DNA of 64,000 nt, from the NCBI GenBank assembly GCA_038063055.1, contig JBBTVY010000005.1, positions 2,444-66,443 on the forward strand, in the 5' to 3' direction. The stretch comes from Patescibacteria group bacterium (GTDB lineage Bacteria; Patescibacteriota; Minisyncoccia; UBA6257; 2-01-FULL-56-20). Shown here one piece after another: positions 58,705-64,000 of the stretch. A program made the translations under genes and the position numbers. The notes below the pieces were generated by a model. It was not told the DNA's origin. It was given only the letters and a program-made list of their open reading frames with translations, and made no database searches. Each line of letters starts with the position of its first letter. Positions within the stretch are counted from its first letter, which is position 1.

Positions 58705-59904
58705 TTACTTCAATATTTTGGTTACGACACCGGCGCCCACTGTTTTTCCTCCTTCCCTGATTGCGAATCTCTGTTTTTCTTCAAGGGCAACCGGGGAAAT
58801 AAGCTTGCCGGTTACGTTGACTGTGTCTCCGGGCATTACCATTTCCGTTCCTTGAGGGAGAGTCACGTCGCCGGTTACGTCAGTGGTCCTGATGTAGAAC
58901 TGCGGCTTGTATCCCGTGAAAAACGGAGTGTGTCGTCCGCCTTCCTCTTTGCTGAGCACGTAAACTTCGGCTTCGAATTCGGTGTGCGGAGTCACGCTGC
59001 CGGGTTTCGCGATAACTTGTCCCCTCTCGACGTCCTCTTTCTTTAGTCCGCGGAGTAGGATTCCGACGTTGTCGCCCGCGAGCCCTTCATCGAGAAGCTT
59101 GTTGAACATTTCGATTCCCGTGACGACGGTCTTCTGGGTCGGTTTCAGTCCGATTACTTCCACTTCTTCGTTGACTTTTATCCTACCGCGCTCGGCCCTG
59201 CCGGTGACAACCGTACCTCGGCCTTCGATTGAGAAAATGTCTTCAACCGGCATAAGAAAAGGTTTGTCGAGTTCGCGGACCGGCTCGGGGATGTAATCGT
59301 CAAGGGCTTTTACCAAATCCAAAATCGGTTTCGCGTCCGGGTCGTCGGGGGACTTTGCATTCAAGGCCTTAAGTGCCGAACCGCGTATGACCGGGGTGGC
59401 GTCGCCGTCATAGTTGTATTTTTTCAAAAGCTCCCTTACTTCCGATTCAACGAGGTCAATCAGTTCTTTGTCCTCGACCTGGTCTACCTTGTTCAAAAAC
59501 ACGACGATTTTAGGCACGCCTACCTGATAAGCGAGCAGAATGTGCTCTCTTGTCTGAGGCATCGGGCCGTCGGTGGCCGCGACCACGAGAATCGCGCCGT
59601 CCATCTGGGCGGCGCCCGTTATCATGTTTTTGATGTAGTCCGCGTGTCCCGGAGCGTCGATGTGCGCGTAGTGGCGCTTCTCCGATTCGTATTCGGAGTG
59701 GTGAAGGGCGATAGTGATGCCGCGCGCTTTTTCTTCTGGCGCGTTGTCAATCTGATCGATGCCTTCCTCTTTTTTCGCCAGACCCTTCATAAAAAGGATG
59801 TGGGTCATCGCCGCGGTCAATGTGGTTTTGCCGTGGTCGACATGACCTATGGTGCCGACGTTTACGTGCGGCTTGCCTCTTGTAAACTTTTCTTTTTCAG
59901 CCAT
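58705..59904 (-). CDS. tuf: Elongation factor Tu
   Basis: [27 protein letters not shown]. Confidence 0.98.
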   Translation of the reverse strand: MAEKEKFTRGKPHVNVGTIGHVDHGKTTLTAAMTHILFMKGLAKKEEGIDQIDNAPEEKARGITIALHHSEYESEKRHYAHIDAPGHADYIKNMITGAAQMDGAILVVAATDGPMPQTREHILLAYQVGVPKIVVFLNKVDQVEDKELIDLVESEVRELLKKYNYDGDATPVIRGSALKALNAKSPDDPDAKPILDLVKALDDYIPEPVRELDKPFLMPVEDIFSIEGRGTVVTGRAERGRIKVNEEVEVIGLKPTQKTVVTGIEMFNKLLDEGLAGDNVGILLRGLKKEDVERGQVIAKPGSVTPHTEFEAEVYVLSKEEGGRHTPFFTGYKPQFYIRTTDVTGDVTLPQGTEMVMPGDTVNVTGKLISPVALEEKQRFAIREGGKTVGAGVVTKILK

Positions 59905-59969
59905 TTTTTAAAATTTATACTTTTTTATTTATTCCTAAGTTTTTCGACCTAGTTTTCGACAGTTCGGTA

Positions 59970-59997
59970 ATTTTAACGCCAAACCGAGAATTGTCAA
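59970..59997 (-). promoter_or_regulatory. Internal promoter for tuf
   Basis: TTGACA-N16-TAAAAT. Confidence 0.6.
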
Positions 59998-60029
59998 CCC
60001 CCGTGCCATAACGGCGATGGGACATACCG

Positions 60030-62135
60030 CTACTTCCTTTTACCCTCGATTATTAATTGCGCGATATTGTTTGGTGTGGGTTCATAACTGCTAAATTCCA
60101 TGCTAAAACTGCCTCGTCCCTGCGTCAGCGAGCGGAGCGCCGTGGCGTAACCGAACATTTCCGACAGCGGGACTTTGGCGTCTATAACTTTGATATTGGC
60201 CCTGTCGCCGATGGTTTCTATTTTGCCGCGCCTGGAATTTATATCCCCCGTTGTTTCTCCGAGAAAGTCCTGCGGGATTATTACCTGTGTTTTCATTATC
60301 GGTTCGAGAATAACGGCTTTGGCGCGCTTGGCGGCTTCCTGAAAAGCCATTGAACCGGCGATTTTGAAAGCGGCCTCCGAAGAGTCCACTTCATGAAATG
60401 AACCGTCGTAGAGCGACACTTCGACGTCAACCACCGGATAGTGCGCGAGCACGCCTCTGTCCAGCGCTTCCTTTACTCCTTTCTCGACGGCGGGAATGAA
60501 TTCGTTCGGGATTATTCCTCCTCTAATCTTGTTAACGAAAACAAAACCCTGTCCGCGCTCGAGCGGCTTTACTTTCAGCCAGACATGGCCGTACTGGCCG
60601 CGGCCGCCGGACTGGCGGATATATTTGCCTTCGGCTTCGGCTTCGCCGCTGATTGTTTCCTTGTATGCGACCTGCGGGCGGCCGACATTGGCTTCGACGC
60701 CGAATTCCCTTTTCATTCTGTCAACGATTATTTCCAAGTGAAGTTCGCCCATGCCGGAAATTATCGTCTCTCCGGTTTCAGGGTCGCCGGCGACGCGGAA
60801 AGTCGGGTCTTCGTCGGCCAGGCGGTGCAACGCGGTACCCATTTTTTCCTGGTCGGCTTTTGTCTTGGGTTCGATTCTGATGCCGATAACCGGTTCCGGA
60901 AATATTATTCTTTCCAGAATTATCGGGGAATCTGGATTGCATATGGTGTCGCCCGTACCCGTGTTTTTCAATCCGACTATGGCGGCTATTTCTCCGGCGT
61001 AAACTTCTTCCACTTCTTCGCGCTGGTTGGCGTGCATCCTTACGATACGCCCGACGCGCTCCTGCTCGCCTTTTGTGGCGTTCAAAACGTAAGAGCCGCG
61101 CTTAATAACCCCCGCGTAATTCCTGAAATAAGTCAGACTGCCGACGTAAGGGTCGTTCGCTATCTTGAAAGCGAGAGCGGTGAACGGTTCTCCGTCATCC
61201 GCCTTTCTGAAAATTTCTTCTCCTGTTTTTAAATCGATTCCCTTGACCGGTGGCAAATCCGAAGGCGAAGGAAGATAATCGACTACCGCGTCCAGAACCA
61301 GCTGAACTCCTTTATTCTTCAGCGCCGAACCGGTGAACACCGGAATTATTTTGTTTTCGATAGTCGCTTTTCTCAGGGCGCGCCTCAGGTCGTCGATGTG
61401 AATTTCTTCTCCGGCAAGATATTTTTCCATGAGCGCGTTGTCGTTGTCGACAACTGCTTCAATCAGTTTCCGGCGATATTTTTCCATATCCGCTTTCATT
61501 TCTTCCGGAATCGGTATTTCAACGACGCGCTCGCCGTGTTCTCCCTGGAATTCGAAAGCTTTCTTTTGCAATAAATCGACGAGCCCGCGGAAATTTGATT
61601 CCGAGCCGATTGGCAGCTGGACTGGAAAAGCGCAGTTGGTCAGGCGCTCTTTTATGGAAGCCAGGCTTTTTTCGAAACTCGCGCCCATGCGGTCCAGTTT
61701 GTTTATGAAGCAGACCCTCGGAACTTTGTATTCTTCGGCGTAATGCCAGTTCGTTTCCGACTGCGGCTCCACGCCGGCGACGCCGTCGAAAACCACCACG
61801 GCTCCGTCGAGAACGCGCAACGAACGCTTTACTTCAACGGTGAAATCGATGTGACCCGGAGTGTCTATGAGGTTTATGCGGTATTCGAAATTTTTGTCGC
61901 CGTCGCGGTAAGTGGGAACCCAGAAAGCGGTTGTGGCCGCGGCGGTAATGGTAATGCCGCGTTCCCTTTCCTGCTCCATCCAGTCCATGACCGTGTCGCC
62001 CTCATGCACTTCTCCGATTTTGTGCGAAACGCCGGTGTAAAAAAGAACGCGTTCGCTGACGGTGGTTTTTCCCGCGTCAATGTGGGCGATTATTCCTATA
62101 TTCCTTGTTTTTTCGATGGGATATTGTCTGGGCAT
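60030..62135 (-). CDS. fusA: Elongation factor G
   Basis: [25 protein letters not shown]. Confidence 0.98.
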   Translation of the reverse strand: MPRQYPIEKTRNIGIIAHIDAGKTTVSERVLFYTGVSHKIGEVHEGDTVMDWMEQERERGITITAAATTAFWVPTYRDGDKNFEYRINLIDTPGHIDFTVEVKRSLRVLDGAVVVFDGVAGVEPQSETNWHYAEEYKVPRVCFINKLDRMGASFEKSLASIKERLTNCAFPVQLPIGSESNFRGLVDLLQKKAFEFQGEHGERVVEIPIPEEMKADMEKYRRKLIEAVVDNDNALMEKYLAGEEIHIDDLRRALRKATIENKIIPVFTGSALKNKGVQLVLDAVVDYLPSPSDLPPVKGIDLKTGEEIFRKADDGEPFTALAFKIANDPYVGSLTYFRNYAGVIKRGSYVLNATKGEQERVGRIVRMHANQREEVEEVYAGEIAAIVGLKNTGTGDTICNPDSPIILERIIFPEPVIGIRIEPKTKADQEKMGTALHRLADEDPTFRVAGDPETGETIISGMGELHLEIIVDRMKREFGVEANVGRPQVAYKETISGEAEAEGKYIRQSGGRGQYGHVWLKVKPLERGQGFVFVNKIRGGIIPNEFIPAVEKGVKEALDRGVLAHYPVVDVEVSLYDGSFHEVDSSEAAFKIAGSMAFQEAAKRAKAVILEPIMKTQVIIPQDFLGETTGDINSRRGKIETIGDRANIKVIDAKVPLSEMFGYATALRSLTQGRGSFSMEFSSYEPTPNNIAQLIIEGKRK

Positions 62136-62142
62136 AATCTTA

Positions 62143-62228
62143 AAGAATCTAGAATCTAGAAAATAGAATCTAGTAGGATTTTTTTAAAACTAATCTGAAT
62201 TCTGGATTCTAGTTTCTGATTTCTGAAT
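62143..62228. repeat. Empty heptamer-armed hairpin between rpsG and fusA
   Basis: (AGAATCT)n facing (A/G)TTCT(A/G) units. Confidence 0.75.
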
Positions 62229-62696
62229 TTACCTGGCGAAATGCGCGAAAGCTCTGTTGGCTTCGGCCTGGCGGTGCATGTCCTGTTTTTTCTTGACCGC
62301 GTCTCCTTCGTTTTTGGACGCGGCAATTATTTCGGTTGCCAGCTTATCGGCTATCGGCTTTCCCTTTTTTGCTCTGGCGGCCTGGATTATCCAGCGCACC
62401 CCCAAAATGAAACGCCGCTCCGGTCTGACCTCGCGCGGCACCTGATAATTGGCTCCTCCTACGCGCTTCGAAAAAACCTCGAGCATCGGCGAAGCGTTGG
62501 CCAGCGCCTGTTCGAAAATTTCCATCGGTTCTTTTTTGGTTTCTTTCTTTATTTTTTCAAAAGCTCCATAAACGGCTTTACGCGCGATAGTTTTCTCGCC
62601 TTTCCGCATTACGTAATTTATGAAACGCCCGACGTCCACCCGGTTATATTTAGAATCCGCCTGATGATATTTTTTGTAAACTCGTTTCTTCCTCAT
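62229..62696 (-). CDS. rpsG: 30S ribosomal protein S7
   Basis: RVGGANYQVP, AEANRAFAHF. Confidence 0.97.
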   Translation of the reverse strand: MRKKRVYKKYHQADSKYNRVDVGRFINYVMRKGEKTIARKAVYGAFEKIKKETKKEPMEIFEQALANASPMLEVFSKRVGGANYQVPREVRPERRFILGVRWIIQAARAKKGKPIADKLATEIIAASKNEGDAVKKKQDMHRQAEANRAFAHFAR

Positions 62697-62699
62697 AAG

Positions 62700-62828
62700 A
62701 TTAAAATTCGAAATTACAATATCGAAATTCTAAACAATATTTAAATTACAATTATTCAAACGTTTAAAATTTGAGATTTGAAACATTGGAATTTGTTTAG
62801 GATTTAGAATTTCGTGCTTCGGATTTCG
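62700..62828. repeat. Heptamer-armed hairpin between rpsL and rpsG, supplying the rpsL C-terminus and stop
   Basis: cgaaattctaaacaa facing ttgtttaggatttagaatttcg; S12 ends SEARNSKS. Confidence 0.7.
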
Positions 62829-63231
62829 GCCGTTTTGCTCCATACTTTGACCTCTGCTGCTTTCTACCTTCGACGCCTGTCGTGTCGAGGACGCCGCGAA
62901 CTATATGATAGCGGATTCCCGGCAGGTCTTTTACGCGTCCGCCGCGGATAACAACGATTGAGTGCTCCTGCAACTGATGGCCTTCACCGGGAATATAAGC
63001 GGTCACTTCCATGCCGTTTGTCAGCCGCACGCGGGCGACCTTCCGGAGAGCCGAGTTCGGCTTCTTCGGAGTGGTGGTGAAAACTTTCAGGCAAACCCCT
63101 CTTTTGAACGGCGAGCTGGAATATACGGGACGATTATCAATGGTATTGAAATAATACGACAAAGCGGGCGATTTCGTTTTTGATTTCGTCTTTTTTCTGC
63201 CTTTCTTTATGAGTTGGGTTACTGTCGGCAT
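62797..63231 (-). CDS. rpsL: 30S ribosomal protein S12
   Basis: [19 protein letters not shown]. Confidence 0.98.
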   Translation of the reverse strand: MPTVTQLIKKGRKKTKSKTKSPALSYYFNTIDNRPVYSSSPFKRGVCLKVFTTTPKKPNSALRKVARVRLTNGMEVTAYIPGEGHQLQEHSIVVIRGGRVKDLPGIRYHIVRGVLDTTGVEGRKQQRSKYGAKRPKSEARNSKS

Positions 63232-63290
63232 TTATTTTTAGTTGTAATTAAATGATTAACAAAATAAGCTGCGGGTCGCAGCCGATGAAA

Positions 63291-63320
63291 ATTTTAAACC
63301 AATAGGCATCCCTATGTCAA
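63291..63320 (-). promoter_or_regulatory. Promoter of the str operon
   Basis: TTGACA-N18-TAAAAT. Confidence 0.6.
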
Positions 63321-63346
63321 ACTTGAGTTTGCTAAAAGGTCGTTCG

Positions 63347-63988
63347 CTAAAAACCGGTAATTATCTTAAAAATCCAGTGAATTATAGGCGCTATAAGACC
63401 GAATCCAAAAAATATAAAAATCAGAAGAAAAAATAAACCGTAACGCTCAAGAAAAATTATCAGTCGCAAGCTTGTTTCGCCCGGCGGCAACAGCGAAAAA
63501 AGAACTTTAGAACCGTCGAGCGGCGGCAGGGGCACAAAATTAAAAACGGCAAGAAGAATGTTTATGTAAACGATTGAGCCAAAAAAGACGTAAAGCGTCG
63601 AATCGGCCGGATATCCGAACAGCGGCATAATCCGCAAAAGAATTCCGAATGTCGCGGCGATTATCAGATTGCTGACGGGTCCGGCTAACGCTATTTTGCC
63701 TCCGCCTGTTTTCGGATTCTTCAGATAAGCCGGGTTGTATGGCACCGGTTTCGCCCAACCGAAAATAATTGACGATTGTCCAAAAAAAATCGGGATTGAA
63801 AGAATTAACGGCAATATCACGGAACCGAAAGGGTCGATGTGCTTCGCCGGATTAAGCGTCAGCCGCCCCGCCAGGCGCGCCGTCGGGTCTCCGAGATGCT
63901 CGGCGACGTATCCGTGAGAAATCTCGTGGAGCATCACCGAAAAAATCAGAACAGCGAGCTGGAAAATAAGAAAAGTTATTTGGTCCAT
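63347..63988 (-). CDS. Site-2 protease (peptidase M50)
   Basis: HEISH, AGPVSN, NFVPLPPLDG. Confidence 0.93.
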   Translation of the reverse strand: MDQITFLIFQLAVLIFSVMLHEISHGYVAEHLGDPTARLAGRLTLNPAKHIDPFGSVILPLILSIPIFFGQSSIIFGWAKPVPYNPAYLKNPKTGGGKIALAGPVSNLIIAATFGILLRIMPLFGYPADSTLYVFFGSIVYINILLAVFNFVPLPPLDGSKVLFSLLPPGETSLRLIIFLERYGLFFLLIFIFFGFGLIAPIIHWIFKIITGF

Positions 63989-64000
63989 AGTTAAATAATA

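Overview
Bacterial chromosome segment with the hallmarks of a Patescibacteria/CPR (Parcubacteria-like) genome: no rpmD (L30) between rpsE and rplO, short EF-Ts, many leaderless or SD-less genes, and a tRNA-Ile(UAU). The right third is the translation super-cluster on the minus strand (rpsL-rpsG-fusA-tuf-rpsJ, then rplC to secY-mnmA, then rpsB-tsf). The middle holds ftsH, prfB (+1 frameshift), ftsEX and a type IV pilus operon. The left part is a large cell-surface region (cohesin, dockerin, WxL/DUF916-like, LamG-Cys-rich, S8 protease, lamin-tail/PG-binding) plus def-fmt, ctpA and rplI. The most striking signal is a dense population of tiny structured elements in at least two families. (1) Degenerate 7-8-nt tandem repeats form long inverted arms between operon genes, either empty or enclosing a four-helix-bundle (IVS/bAvd-like) ORF. 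(2) GC-rich 18-35-bp palindromes sit beside two small GIY-YIG nuclease genes at a nested, split tRNA-Tyr locus. Both families also occur in frame inside essential genes (def, fmt, prfB, mnmA, rplC, cobO, a pilin) and nest inside each other. Several insertions duplicate and replace the 5' end of their target (tRNA-Tyr, prfB, possibly mnmA). Family assignments are from motif recognition only; no searches or folding were run.
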